Assembly (NCBI RefSeq): GCF_009914755.1
Contig: NC_060937.1
Direction: 5' to 3' (one strand)
Length of the DNA: 64,000 nucleotides
From: the human T2T-CHM13v2.0 reference genome, Homo sapiens
Shown here: positions 39,641-54,751 of the stretch, piece by piece
Layout of the letters: each line of letters begins with the position of its first letter
How positions within the stretch are numbered: the first letter of the stretch is position 1
The notes under the pieces: model-generated
Databases searched by the model: none
Told to the model about the DNA's origin: nothing
What the model saw: only the letters and a program-made list of their open reading frames with translations
Translations under genes and position numbers: made by a program

Positions 39641-42244
39641 TTCCTTCCACCTCTGCTAAGGTACGAGAGAGATAGGGGAAACAATTTTGGACTTACCAGA
39701 TGAGTGTGATGCCAACCAGCTGAACACCAATGTATACCTGTAGTCAGTGCCACATGGAGCAACAGAATATCACAACTGATTGCAGTTTGAAATCTATCCA
39801 TAAGCACATTATGTATAATAAAATGGTTGCTTCAATCCTCTAAATTTTGGAACAATTTAAATAGTGGTATATATGTAGACCATATCAACTGTATTAAAAT
39901 CTCTATTCATATTTTTTGTTGCTATAATCACTGTAGGTAGCACCTGTTGAACTTTAAGTCAGGTGCAAAGCTATTGCATACATATTTGTGTGTGGGTATA
40001 ATTGTTAATCCATTTCCAAATGCAAAGTTCAATTGTGGTTTTTATTAAGATAGGTATTGACAACTACAGAGTGTCATATAAAACATAAAAAGTATTATGC
40101 ATTTAAGAGAATTCAAAATAAAAATTTTGAATTTCCTAGCATCTGAGGAAATTAGAGATAATAAAATTATATATTACAATTTATTTTATGTTACTAAAAT
40201 TATATTCACATATATCACAGCAAACCACTTCAAATATTGAGGAATGGCATGCAAGTAAAATTGTAGATATCAGAAATATTATTCTGCATGATGCTAAAGT
40301 GCACAGAGTAGTAATGGTGAAGAGGCATATCAAAGAATTTTCAATCAAACAAAGCATACCAATATAGAAAAGTTGCTTTAATACGTAGAAAGTCCTGAAG
40401 AAGAGAAAAACAAATAGCTTATCACATTTGGTGAAATTGTTGCAGTTCAGTTATACTGTTGTCTAGCGTCATATCAGTATACCTCGATAGTTTAAAAACA
40501 AGTCTTCAGTCTTATTATAGTACTCATAGGTTCCACAGAGATGTACCAATATGTATTTGTGTGAATGTGTCTGTGTGTATGTGTATTGTGATACCACACA
40601 ATGTAAAATAAATAGGAAATATTCTTTACTGTATTAGACTCCTTCTTGACCCAGAACTAAATAACTAAATATTATATATAGGCTGCCAGTCAATCTTTCC
40701 ACTGGAAATAAGAGCCAAAAAATGCACAAAATTAAATATTAATTTAGGCTACATACCATAATTTAATCAAATATTTTCATAGTCAGTTTCCTCAAATAAA
40801 AATGATAAAATGCTAATTTATCTCTTTTGCATCAAAAACATTTTAAGTTTTAAGAATTTTTCAGTTTACAATTATTGTCTTTAACATTGTTAGCTGCAAC
40901 CTTTTATCAATATTTCTACCTACGTGTTATAAGCCTAATAGTTCTGTTATTTTCAACTGTTACAGGTAGAGCTTATTTTCCATAAATATAGAACTTTTTT
41001 GTTGATTTCCTCTGAATTTCCAGTTAAATTATGAGTAGTAATTATAAAAAGTAGTAAGATCTAAAATTAGATCACACATTTAAAAAGACATGTAATAACT
41101 TTTCCTTGTTTATATATAATCATGGATTGTTATATTCTTAAATGGAAAGTGAAATATAGAATAAGAAGCACTTAGAAAAATACAGTTAATATAAAACTGA
41201 TCTCATAAGAAAGACTATTATTTAGAGCTTTTCACTGCAATTTCCTTTGTAAAAAAATAAGGAAAAACAACACTGAACAAGCCTATTTTATTAACTCTCA
41301 AATCTTTTTTGCTAATTTTTTATCTGCTAGGCAATATTTGACTTTTCTTGATTTTTACCCTAACTCTGTCCAATGGTTTGAAACCTAAAATAATCTTGAT
41401 AATTTATATCATTTTTGTATGATTTTGTGCAGTAAAACTATTGGAACACTAGCAAAGGTGTCTGCCCACTAAAGCTGAAAACTGTCACCTAAAATTGACA
41501 TCCAGTCAAGACATATGGAGTTCTTTTACTAAAAAAGTATGCATAATAACCTGATAAATTTCCCCAAATCAGCCTTTAATTCAGGACCTTTTATTGAGAA
41601 CATTTCTTTCCTGTCAAAAAAATTAATAATAAATTTGAATGACAATTTCAGTTGAATTTGTTCCTAAAACTACATGCATAGTTCTGATTTTTATACTCAC
41701 AGCTGTGACATCTATTTGGTAGTATGATTTTTTAAATAAATAATTCATGATAGGAGCATCAGAACAAAGATACCAAAAATAGTATTCAAATGACATTTGA
41801 GAGTATAAATCGCTTTTCTTGAATCACATATCTTATTAAAATTATATTCTAACAATATATGAAATTTTGTAGTTATTGAAGAAATGAGCTATTATTATCC
41901 TGTAAATTGATAGCAGAAAAGAAGTTCACATTTCAAAATTCTAGTCAATGAATAAACTCCAGGAAATAAAAGAGTTAATAATACTCATATCAGAAATCAT
42001 TGAATATTTATAATCAGGCATAATGTTTCTTCATCTTTATGTGCAATTTATATATTTCGGTTTTTAATATATTCACATGAAAAGTAAAAATATTTATTTT
42101 ATTGTATTTATTACTCTATGTTGTACAGTCATGCATTCATTATTTAGAATAAAACTGAACTTAATTTATAAAAAGCAATTTCATAAAGTAGTTTAAATTT
42201 AATGATTATTTTTAACTTGGTGAATCTAGGCTACCAAATCAATT

Positions 42245-42602
42245 TGTCTTAGTTTTTTCAGGTGGTTATAACGAAGTATTGTCAACTGGGCGGCTCATAA
42301 GCAGCAGAATTTTATTTCTCACAGTTATGGTGACTGGAAAGTCTATAATCAGGCAGCAGAGGATCCCATGTCTGGCGAGGGCTTGCATTCTCATAGATGA
42401 GTCTTCTTGCTTGTTGTCACATGGTGAACAGGAGAATGAGCATTCTTGAGCCTATTTTATCAGTGCACTGCTCCTATTCCTGAGGGTTTTGCCCTTATGA
42501 CCTAATCATCTCCACAAAGACCCTACCTCCTAACACCATCAACTTAGGTTTAGGATTTCAACATATAAATATTGTTGGGGCACAGATATTCAGATCATAG
42601 CA
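42245..42602 (-). mobile_element. MLT1A-type MaLR solo LTR
   Basis: 'tgtcttagt...tttatttctcacagtt...tgtctggcgagggc...atgacctaatcatctcc...attcagatcatagca'. Confidence 0.88.
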
Positions 42603-42814
42603 GGATTTTAAAATGAAGCAGGATATTCAAATAGAAAAAAATAATATTTTATCTATTTTTTCTATGTTATGACAGATATCCTGATATCTGAATTTCTGGA
42701 CAGTTTTTCAATCGTGTATGTAAGTAACAGACAAAAACAATTACTGGAGAAGAAAGTTATCTTGCAAATATACTTGTTGGACTGGAAAATACTTTTAATA
42801 ATATGCAACAAGTG

Positions 42815-43245
<431 letters not shown>

Positions 43246-43839
43246 AACAAAATGTAAGATATTTGTTATAATTTGTATCTATCAAATAATATATCTCAAT
43301 GAGAATAAAGTACAACTTGCTGATAAACTGATCACAATTACCAATTTAGTGATTATTATGTAAGTGATACAAAAATTCCAAGTAGCCTTTCACCAAAAAT
43401 AGATAACTTTTGATTCTTTCTATGGCATAGGAATATTGGTTGAATGGAATTATTCAAAGTTGAGTCCCTGAGCCAAAGCTTGTTTGGACAGCATGACTAA
43501 TAGGCAAATTAAGTGGATAGAATCAGAGTGCAAAGTCCTTTCCAACTAAGTGTATGCCAGGAGTCTAAGTAAAAAGGCAACCTGTTTCCATATCCAAATG
43601 GCAAGACTATGACAGGAAATAGAACATGAAATCTAAAGATCACATGGACAGATAAACACAAAAATAGCATTAGAAGCCAGTAGCAGGAGGAAGAAAATAT
43701 TCATGTTTATTACATTTAAAAGAATATCACAGTTAAGAGGGCTTATATATTCCTCTATTATCTGAAGTCTGTATAGTGCCTCAATGAATATCTTACATTA
43801 CTGCATAGGAACAGGAAGAGAAAAAAGCAAACAAATATT

Positions 43840-44315
43840 CTCATTATTACCATTGATATTTTAGAAGTTCTAGAAATGCAATCAGACATAAAGCAAACAC
43901 ACATACACACACACAAACACAAATACATCCACATACTTAACATACATACACATGTACACAAAGGGTAATATTGCATTCCTAGAAGATTCTGGGAGAGATA
44001 GAAACATAAGTGTAATAAAAATAACAAATTCAGCAAGATGTCAATATTTAAGACAATCCTACAAAAATGCAATTTCTATGCTTCAAGAATAATGCATTAG
44101 AATTAAATTAATTTAATTTATTATACCAGAAAATTATGAAATCAATTCAATTAAAATGATATTGTACAAATATGAAAAACACTTATTAAGATAATTTTTA
44201 ATAAGAAAATAAATGGAGACGCATCCAGAGTTTCTAACTGTAAAGATTAAGTGTTGCCAAATAAAAGTTAATGTAAATTAACTGATAAAATTATTGCAGT
44301 TCTAATTTGAATCTC

Positions 44316-44353
<38 letters not shown>

Positions 44354-44510
44354 CTAGAGGACTCAGTAGAGTTACATTACAACCAAAAAACTGCAAAGGG
44401 AAATATTTTAAAATAAAAGAAAGAGTTAACACTATTGGAAATGTAAAACATTTTTGTATTTATATATAAATAAAAAAGCTAGAAATAAAATAAATATTGC
44501 AGAAATGGAC
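43840..44510 (+). mobile_element. Diverged L1ME-like ORF2 remnant containing (GT)n at ~44318-44351
   Basis: 'ttttagaagttctagaaatgcaatcagaca', 'aaattcagcaagatgtcaatatttaagacaat', 'aaataaatggagac'. Confidence 0.55.
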
Positions 44511-44614
44511 TCCCGTCTTCGGCTTAGAAGAAGACTTCATTGATAGCCTTATTTAAAGAGAAGTTGTTCTCACACTTCCTTTTTAAGTTAACTTCTTTCA
44601 TTTTTACCTTACAG

Positions 44615-44909
44615 TTTTTTTTTCTTCCTTGAGATGGATTCTCACTCTGTTGCTCAGGCTGGAGTGCAGTGGTGCTATCTCAGCTCACTGCAACCGTTGC
44701 CTCCCGGATTCAAGTGATTCTCCTGCCTTAGCCTCCAAGTAGCTGGGAGTACAGGCGTGCGCCACCATGCCTGGCTAATTTCTGTATTTTTAGAGAGGAG
44801 AGTTTCACCATGATGTTCAGGCTGGTCTCGAACCCCTGACCTCAAGTAATCCACCCAACTCGGCCTCCCAAAATGTTGGGATTACAGGCATGAGCCACCA
44901 CAACTGGCC
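44615..44909 (-). mobile_element. AluS
   Basis: Complete dimer; diverged TSD ending 'ttacagtttt' on both sides. Confidence 0.95.
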
Positions 44910-46144
44910 TCGTTTTTATTTTACAGTTTTAATTACTGTCATATTTCATACCTTGTTTACATGTTTATTCTCCACGTACTTCAAATAAAACAAAATCTGC
45001 CATGAGAGGCTTCTTTTTCTTTCCACTGCTACAAAGGTTGGGTCTGCAAGACCACCTGATCTAATAAATACATGCTAATAAAATGACTAATACATGTGAT
45101 AAAAATAAGAGTCCTAGGTTAATGGGAAATCGGAGATTACCCAATTGTTACTGATGACTTGCATTTTCAAAAGCATAAAAAGATTCTAATCTAACCAGTT
45201 TTACAAAATAAGGTCTATTTCAAATAAGGGGTATATTGAAAACCTTTAATAACACAGTAATTATTCAATAAACCATGAAAAGTGAAGAAATGTCAAAGTC
45301 GTTAAAATAAATTATTAAGGAAGTTCCAGAAAATTTAGGTTGAACTTTCTTAAACTATTTTAAAGGAAAAGGTTATATAACTATGTTTTCTATTGGAAGA
45401 TGCTGAATATTAAGGCTTTGCATAATGTGATATATGTATCTTCATCTGTTTAGAGATGTACCTAGACTATATAGTTCTGTCTTAATAATAATCAAAATAA
45501 AAATAACTTTCATTTGTATATGGTTGTTTTAAAGCATTTTGTTAACATTGAGATTTGTAGTGTTATCATCAATAAACTCATAATCAAGGAAGTTTTTGTA
45601 ATAACTTAAGACCCCTATGTCCCCCAAAATGTATATCAATTTATTTTTAATTAAGACTACATGATTATACAATTACTATAAATGAACATCAGTTATCCAA
45701 AATGCTGCATAATAGAGAATTCCAAAAATTATTCATGCAATCTCTAATTATTTGAATTTTGGGGCTCTTCCTGTGTCTTTTGAATGACCTAGATGGGATG
45801 ATTCTGTTAGCAAACATGCTAATTTAAATTAGAAAACCATTGAAGCACTATTGTTCATCCTTCTCTTTAATAACAGAAAAAGACCAGAACATAAATCTCT
45901 CCCTCAAAATACTTTGGGTTCCTCCTCATTTTCTCTGTTTTTTTTTCTTTTTTCTCACTCTCTCCGTTTGATTCACAATAATACAAAACTCAACAGAAAA
46001 GCCAATATATTTAATGATTAGTTTTGCTTGTAGTTACTGTTGAAAAAACTCATAGAAAAAAAAATTCCCCATGAATGCTGTTGGATACTTAATTTAGTTG
46101 ACTTATGAACACAATGAGAAGTCCTTTCAATAATAACATTTGGA

Positions 46145-46260
46145 GGCCAGGGGCACTGGCTCATGCCTATAATCCTAGCACTTTGGGAGGCTGAAGCAGA
46201 CAGATGAGGTCAGGAGTTCGAGACCAGCCTGGCCAACATGGTGAAACCCCATCTCTACTA
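46145..46260 (+). mobile_element. Alu left monomer, 3'-truncated
   Basis: Ends abruptly at 'ccccatctctacta'. Confidence 0.92.
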
Positions 46261-46438
46261 TGTGTATCCACACATATTTATTCCTGTTAAAAATGTTAGT
46301 GACTGGAGGCGAAACAGTGCCCTTTTCTGGATACCATATTAAAAGTATATAGCAAAACTAGCAGGAACTTGACTCTAAAAAATATGAGACAAGTAGGTGT
46401 GGCAAAGAGGTAAAAAAAAGAGACAGATTTGACCTGAC

Positions 46439-46634
46439 CATCTTCAATTTTCTGGGTTACTTTTAATAATTTAGCAATCCTAAAATGTAGAGAATACTCG
46501 AGGTCTACATTTTCCAAATTTGTGACATCAGTAGTATTTAGGACTAAATTATTTAATGGAACCCATAGTAAAGTTTCTTTTCGATATTCATAATAAGAAT
46601 CTACAGGTTGCTTCTGTATGCATTTGAAAGAAAC
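46439..46634 (-). other. Candidate exon inside the 173-codon ORF (46296-46817), product unknown
   Basis: Acceptor-like 'atatttttagttcag|GTT', donor-like 'GATG|gtcagg'; open frame VSFKCIQKQ...KIED; no recognised homology. Confidence 0.2.
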
Positions 46635-47644
46635 CTGAACTAAAAATATATCATTCTCAGAAAAAAATATGGTTTTGAAAGTCTGAGACATATTCTGCAT
46701 GTTTATCTTTTTATATCTGGTTGAAATGATTTCTATGTTAAGATGGAAAAATGTAGACAATGATTTTAAAAGGGAATAGTTCAAAATCCGCACTTTTCCA
46801 AGTGAACAATGAGTCATACCTTAATTGGATACTAAAAAAAATGTTCTCTCTGCTAATACTATTTTTAAAAAGTTAAGTGGCTATGCTTAGAACATTTAAA
46901 AAGGTATTTCCTAAAATAAAGTTTATTTTTTACTGTGGTTTGATTTGAATCCAAGTAAATTCATTTATTTTTAAAGGCTTAAAATCTGACTTTCAGTCTT
47001 TGAGGATGAGCTTCTTGAGATGATGTCCTGCGTTAACGTCCCATTTGCTGTGTACTTTCAACCACTGTTTATTTTCAGAATTTCTGAACTCTGTAAAACA
47101 TCATTCGTCAGGAATCACAGGAATAAGGATATGCAAAGGAATTTTAAGCCTAATATTTTTTCTGTTAATGTTGATCTTTGGTTATTTAAAATGTTTTATG
47201 AAGTTTCTTTAATATTTTACAAATGAAAAATAGATATTTGGATATTCTTGAAATAACAAGCCAAGAGAAAGCCCCTTTTATCTATAAAGAAAAGAGTTTA
47301 AAGTCACTTTTAATTATAACTTCAAGTAATTAGACATTCAAATATATTTTTCAGGAATGTCATTCTTTCTATATCAAGTCTTGTTTAAAAAGAGAAAATT
47401 CTTAACATTCTAAAAATCATAGAAGATAAAGAGAAACAGGAACTAATGTAATAAAGTATAAGATTAAATTTTACTTAAGTAAGCCATGTTCAAAATATTT
47501 CCCCAAGCAGATAAATACTATATGTACAATTCTAGAAAAATATATACCATTTTCCCACCTGTTATCTATTACTAGTCTTGTTTTTACAATAACATGTTGT
47601 CTAGGTAAAATTATAAAATGCTGAGTTTGCCTTTTATTTTAGCA

Positions 47645-47770
47645 TAATGGACAAGTAACTCCTGTTTGCATTGTCTTAACTTCAAAAATGAGGTACTTCT
47701 ACATAATTCCCAGTGTTGGGAGAAGTAAGTAAAATAATACATTTAGAATGCTTTTCACAACATTTACTAT
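47645..47770 (+). mobile_element. MIR remnant
   Basis: 'ggacaagtaact...caaaaatgagg...gtgttgggagaagtaagtaaaataatacatttagaatgctt'. Confidence 0.5.
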
Positions 47771-48517
47771 TACCAGCACTATTCTGTCTTTTTGGATGGG
47801 GATCATATTATTTTTGTCTTTTTAACCCTGAAGTTCTAAAACATACAATGTCCTCAATAATTATTGGTTAAATTAATGAATATTGAATGTAGAAAACGTG
47901 TAAAACAATGTAGATTCTATGGGGACACAGAGATTGTAATATATAAAATATTTCTTCATCATGATTTACAGTTATGGCAAAATTAAGACTTCTACAAACA
48001 TAACCAAGCTGCCATACATTATGTGAACTGGAAATGAATGATGTTAACTGAAAATGGCATAGGTATTTAGAAGAGGAGTCCAGTGCATTAGTCAATCAGA
48101 AAATCTTTCTTGTGCAATGACATTTGAACTGAGAAACTTTCTGCAGATTTTGATGGGTATGAAGTCAGGGGAAGTAGTGAGGAAGTGGTATAAACAAATG
48201 TAAAAAGGTTGAGTTCATATGGTGCTTCCCCTGCATATCAAAATACTGTTCACACCACCTCCTCTATAGGTTAAAAGAATTTTTAGCAATAATTATGAAA
48301 TAAGATGAACAATAACAATGGTCAGAAAAGAAATGTAGGTAGTGAAAATTTTGACTGCTATCGTTTTGAATTGTTGATGCATGGGGTTATACCCAGGAGT
48401 CTGAATTACAGTGTTTCATTATTATTTACACATTTCTACAGACAGTGCACCTTTTTATTGCCTGAACCTGAGGCATACCACTACCACACTTCGCTCTTGG
48501 CACACCAGTGGCCTTAA

Positions 48518-48860
<343 letters not shown>

Positions 48861-48979
48861 TTAATTTAATATGATGAATGTATTTCATTCTATTTTTCCT
48901 AAGCACGTGTTGTACATCTCAATAAAAATACAACTAACTCCTCAGAAGTAATGAAGGGATAACTTTTTATTCTTTAAAA

Positions 48980-49134
48980 AAACCTTCGTGTTGTTTTATA
49001 GATAAAGAAAACTTTGTGTTGTTTTATAGATATAAGAGAATGATCAGAAGTAATATTTTTAAAGCATCCTAGTTTTTCTCATATATTTAAGAAGTATAAA
49101 TAGCTATAAAATATCTTCAGAATCAAGTCGGAAA
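48980..49134 (+). repeat. Dispersed direct duplication, copy 1 (partner 50399-50522)
   Basis: 'aaaccttcgtgttgtttt...tgatcagaagtaatatttttaaagcatc...cagaatcaagtc'; the 5' 24-28 bp is also tandemly doubled here. Confidence 0.93.
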
Positions 49135-49694
49135 AATGAAGCTGAAATCTGAATTAAACTGGGCTAATTTATTTTATACTTTTTACAACATTTTTGTTCA
49201 TGTTTTATTTTGTATTTTTGCCGGATATCTTTATACAGTTTAATATTGAATACAGCTTAAAAAAAAGAAACTTCCTTTCTCTGCACATCTTACACAAACC
49301 AATTATAAAATAAACATTGTGTTTTTATTATCTTTCTTAATACAATTTAGGTTAATTTAGGATAAACCAAAATACTCCTGCAGGAAGTAAATTTGATTTA
49401 TATTTATGTTTCTGGCTTTGAAGTTCGTGCTTAAGAAATAGAAGATGCTTAGATGAACAAAATGAAATTTAAAGTGTTTTTCTGCTACAAGACTATATAA
49501 TTCTTAGATCATATTCACAACTGAGTGTAAGTGATGGACCCCAGATACTTTTCAAGTGAGTAGTTTGGTAGAGAGACAGACCAAAAGCACTATAAAGCAT
49601 TGATCTCAACAGGTGAAAATTAGAAAGCATATGTACAGCAAAGAAACATACACAGAAGGAACATACATTCTCTGACTAACAATATCTTAAGTAA

Positions 49695-50051
<357 letters not shown>

Positions 50052-50398
50052 TAGAATGTCTGATTTGTGTACCCGTGAAATCATGTAACACTGATATTTA
50101 ATAATGTATCTTTTTGGTAAATCACTTTTGTCTTATCTCTAAGCCAGATCACTCCATAAAGACCCTCCATGATTTAATTGTAGTCTTAGAATTTTGCTTA
50201 AGTATTTAGAGTCATTAGGCTGATTTTAAATTTAGCGAGCTTATATAACAGTGTCATCTAGGGAGAAAACTTAAGTCATCAATCTATAACCATAAAAGTA
50301 GATATGTGAATGCTGTATAAATAATGTGTGGTATTAAAGATTAAAAAATGAAATAAATGTACACACATGCACACCCATTTTAAATTACCTGAGATGAG

Positions 50399-50522
50399 AA
50401 ACCTTCGTGTTGTTTTTATAGATTTGAGTGATCAGAAGTAATATTTTTAAAGCATCTTATTTTTCTCATATATTTTAAGCACTATAAATAGTTATAAAAT
50501 ATTTTCAGAATCAAGTCTGAAA
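50399..50522 (+). repeat. Dispersed direct duplication, copy 2 (partner 48980-49134)
   Basis: About 85-90% identity by eye. Confidence 0.93.
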
Positions 50523-50875
50523 TGCTAACTTCTAATTGAATCGGGGAACAGGGATATTTCAAAGATTATGGAGGTATAGTAAATTCTGAAATAAAATTAG
50601 CATACATTTTTATATAGACATGAATTAAGTGTCTGGTTATGCACTAGTATATTTCTCTGAGCTGATTAAATTACAATGTTTTGATGAACGGTCTTTTTAA
50701 ATTATGAAGGATGTAAAAATTGTAAAATGTTTTGCAGCTCTAGACATTACACAAAATGGTGTTTATTCTGTAAAACTAGATTTCAGAGAAAATTATTTTC
50801 CTGATGCAGTATCTTAAATAGTGTTGCCATAGTTTGGTTCCTCATTATACTTGACTGGCAATGGTGAGAAGTTTT

Positions 50876-50999
50876 TAATAAAATATAAAAATATATTTTA
50901 TATAAAATATAAAAATATATTTTATATAAAATATAAAAAGTATAAAAATATAAAAGTTTTTTATAAAATATATATTTTATATATTATATATATATATTA
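50876..50999. repeat. Nearly pure A/T minisatellite / low-complexity tract
   Basis: Repeated 'ataaaatataaaaatatattttat' units. Confidence 0.9.
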
Positions 51000-51768
51000 G
51001 AAGAGGCAGTGATTTTTAAAACCCTCAATTGAACCTAAAGTGCAATCAAAGTTCAAATATATTGGCCCCAAAGCTGTCTATTATTGGGAACATTCAGATA
51101 CCCATAATGTTATTATTTTTGGCAGAATTGCCTCGCTACAAAACTGATTTGGCTTTTTCTTTAACTCCATATCATAAGGTATTAAATTCTATCAGCACGA
51201 TACAACTACCATTGATCCAACCTCATCTTGTATCGCACACTTCTCACCCACAGTTTTAACTATAAGAAAAAAGTAGATTATCAACTCTCCTAAAACTGCA
51301 CTTATGACAATATTTACTGTCATAAACAAATGTTCCTATTATATATGCTCAAATCAACTTAAGTACATACTTTTTCAAGTTATATTGTTATTAGATCGAA
51401 AAATGGATCTATTTCCTTTTTTAACTATTAAGATGAAATATGGAAAGTAGAAAGTTGCCTGTGAAGATATTTATGTTTCAAATGGATTCTTTTTGTTGCC
51501 TCATGAAACTCTGGATTATTTGGATAACATTAATAATTTTTTTTCATTTGCAGCCCACCCTTAAAATTTCTGTTACACATCTTTATTTATTACATATTTG
51601 TTCAGTGTTTAAAACGACTATTCTGTCCAAATCTTCTACATCCCACAGTATGAATGGTGTTGTTTTCTTAGGTGCTGTTTCTTCAAGAGGAGCTTCTTAA
51701 AATTCTAATTTTTTCCCATTGAAAAAATTTAAGTCACCTGAGAATAATTTGTGTTCATTGTATAAGGG

Positions 51769-51811
51769 TGTGTGTGTGTGAACGTGTGTGTGTGAGTGTG
51801 TGTGTCTGTGT
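51769..51811. repeat. Imperfect (TG)n
   Basis: Direct reading. Confidence 0.85.
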
Positions 51812-54458
51812 ATTAGCATACTCTTAAGAATTGTCTCTCAAAGCATAAATATTCCCATTAAGAGCAGAAGCTAATTGACTAACATATATATATATTTATA
51901 TATGTCTGGCTATCTATCATCTGTCTATCTACCTACCTACCTACTTATCTATCTGTATTTTAAGTTGGGAAGCAAAAAAAGAGAGAGGAAAATTAAACGT
52001 CTAACTAATTACAAGTTCTGTTTTATAAGGCCTTAATTATTAATATGGATTGGCAAGTAGAAATTACATTTTTTCTCAATAAATTTGCATTCTGGAACAT
52101 TCAAAATGCAAATGTTGGGATCAGACAAAGACAAGTAAGTATGAGGTTTTCAAGAAACTCATGGCTGAAATGGCATATGACAGAATTGGGATGGTTGCAG
52201 TACAGTCAGATGAAGAATAATATCTATGACAAAAAAGGATTTGATTAATAAAATCTCATTTTTAGCAGAGCATCACTAGAAGTTAAAGGCAAAATTTTGA
52301 GAAACAATTTTGTCCAAGTTCTAGGATTTTACACTGTGTTCAGAAATAGCTATATAGTGTCTAAATTTCTACATAATCAAAATCAAATGTTTGTTTATAA
52401 CATAGAAATTAAACAGCATATTTTTAGAGAAATATAAAGAAAGAAACAAGTATTCTGTTATCCACAAGAAGAATTAATCATATTCAAATGAAAACATGAA
52501 CTTCTACATACTGTACCAATATTCTATGTGTTTGACAATATACAGAAATATACAGTTCGTACTTTTTTCCATTTTGTTGCATTTTATACTTCTACGTAAA
52601 AGTCTGTAAGTTATATAATAGTGATTCTATATAGCAAAGGTTAATTTTCTTTGGGAAATAAACGTTTGTGGCTTAGTTTCTTTTTAATACCTGGCTTTTT
52701 TGAAGTCATAAGAAAAATATTCCACATGTGTAATTGTAGTTTAGAAATAATCTCCCTCTAGGACCTTTGGTATCACAAATGAATATATAGAATATGGTAG
52801 ACAGAATTTCTTTTTTGTATCGTATTCAACCCAAAATAAATAGATAGATTAAGCCTCACATAAAACTTTCATTCAAATCATCTCTAACACAGATAAATAT
52901 AAGAATTTCATAATAATATAGTTACTTTTATTTTCCATTGGACATGAGTTGTTTCAAATAGATGCAACATACTTACAAATCAATTTGAAGTAAATCAATT
53001 GAGCACGATTATTTCTAAGACCCCAAACCATATTAATGTCTTTTCTCCTACATCTTCCAACTTCATGTAAAGTTATGTCTTTCTGTGGTGTAAGAAGTGA
53101 GATATTCTCACTTAGTATGAGGTTCAAATACTTTACTTCTGGAAAGAAAACTTAAAGCAAATAGGGTTGGAAGCATGACACTGAAACTGAGAGACAGGGA
53201 TCTCCAAAGTTGAGAAATTCAGGTGGCAGAATGTCTGTATGCATTAACTTCAGAATAATTCAGCCTACATATTGGTAGCTATAGCGGAATTTACACCAAC
53301 TTCCCCAAACAGAAAAAAAAAGTTATGTTGGAAAAAAGGAAAATGTCTAAGAAGAATAGTTTTACTTTCTATATTGGACTATGCAGATACATCATCAAAA
53401 TGGTTTTTAGCATGTTTTTGTATAGTTAAGTACTGCATTAACAAGAAACATATGTTTAAGAGAACCAATCATCTAAGTTAAATTTAATCCATCAACAAAA
53501 CTATTTGCACACACATGAACACTTCTTTTCATTTTTACACACACACACACAGCCCTCAGGTAAAATCTGATCTGCGAGATAACTGCACATATGCGGTATA
53601 GACATGTGAATGTAACCACAAACACACATTCCACAGAATTTTGTTTTCTAGGTAAACACATATAATACTAATGAGGTATAGAAAATCTCATATTTATTGG
53701 CAAATAATTTATGAATAATAGTATCTAAGGTATTTGAAAAACTTACTTGAAAATGTGTCATCATATTCAAAATGTAAGACCCTAAAAGATTAATAAATAA
53801 TAAAATTAAGATCTAGTTTAGCAATAGGTATGTTATACTAATCACATTAAAGGTATAAACATATATATATATATATATATAGTGTTAATTCTTTATTCTA
53901 AAACTGTATATATGCATGCCAAAAGCAATTTTAAATAGCATTTAATTAAAATAATTAAATCTATCTGAGTATATCTGGTTGGTGATTTTATCTTAATTTT
54001 GCTCATCGGAAGTTTATTGTTACACAGAAAATATTTTCTTACAATTTCTTGAAGGCAAATTATGTTTTCTTTTGATTTTATTCAATAGAATATAACTTAA
54101 ATTTTGGAAAAACTGGATGTTACTATAATTAATGACTGAGGAGCAGTATTTGAACAAGTGTTTTCTTAGAACCCAAAGCACTATTCAAACAATTCCCTAA
54201 CTTGGTCTAAGAGAGTATAAGTTTGTTATTAATGACACATTTATTTGATATTAATACATACTCCCATTTGTTAGTGTAGTATCTTCTTATTTGTTAGCTA
54301 TTAGTGAAATGTTAATAAAACCTGATATAAGCTAATGACACTTATTCAGGTTTGTATCCAGAATAGTATTATTAGTCAAATACTTGCATTTTCTTGAATA
54401 TAAATAAAAAATCATCCAAAATTTTCAATTGAAATGCATTTAGAAAATCAGTAATCAA

Positions 54459-54751
54459 GTTTGGGCACAGTGGCTCATGCCTGTAATTCCAGCACTTTGG
54501 GAGGCTGAGGGGGGATCACTTGAGGTCAGGAGCTGGAGACCAGCCTGGCCAACATGATGAAACCAAGTATCTACTAAAAATACAAAAATTAGCTGGGCAT
54601 GGTGGCATATGCCTGTAATCTCAGCTACTCAGGAGGCTGAGACAGGAGAATTGCTTGAACCTGGGAAGTGGAGGTTGCAGTGAGCCGAGCTCATCCCACT
54701 GCCCTCCAGCTTGGCCGACAGAGCGAGTCTCCATCTCAAAAAAAAAAAAAA
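54459..54751 (+). mobile_element. AluS
   Basis: Complete dimer with poly-A; TSD includes tcagtaatcaa on both sides. Confidence 0.96.
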
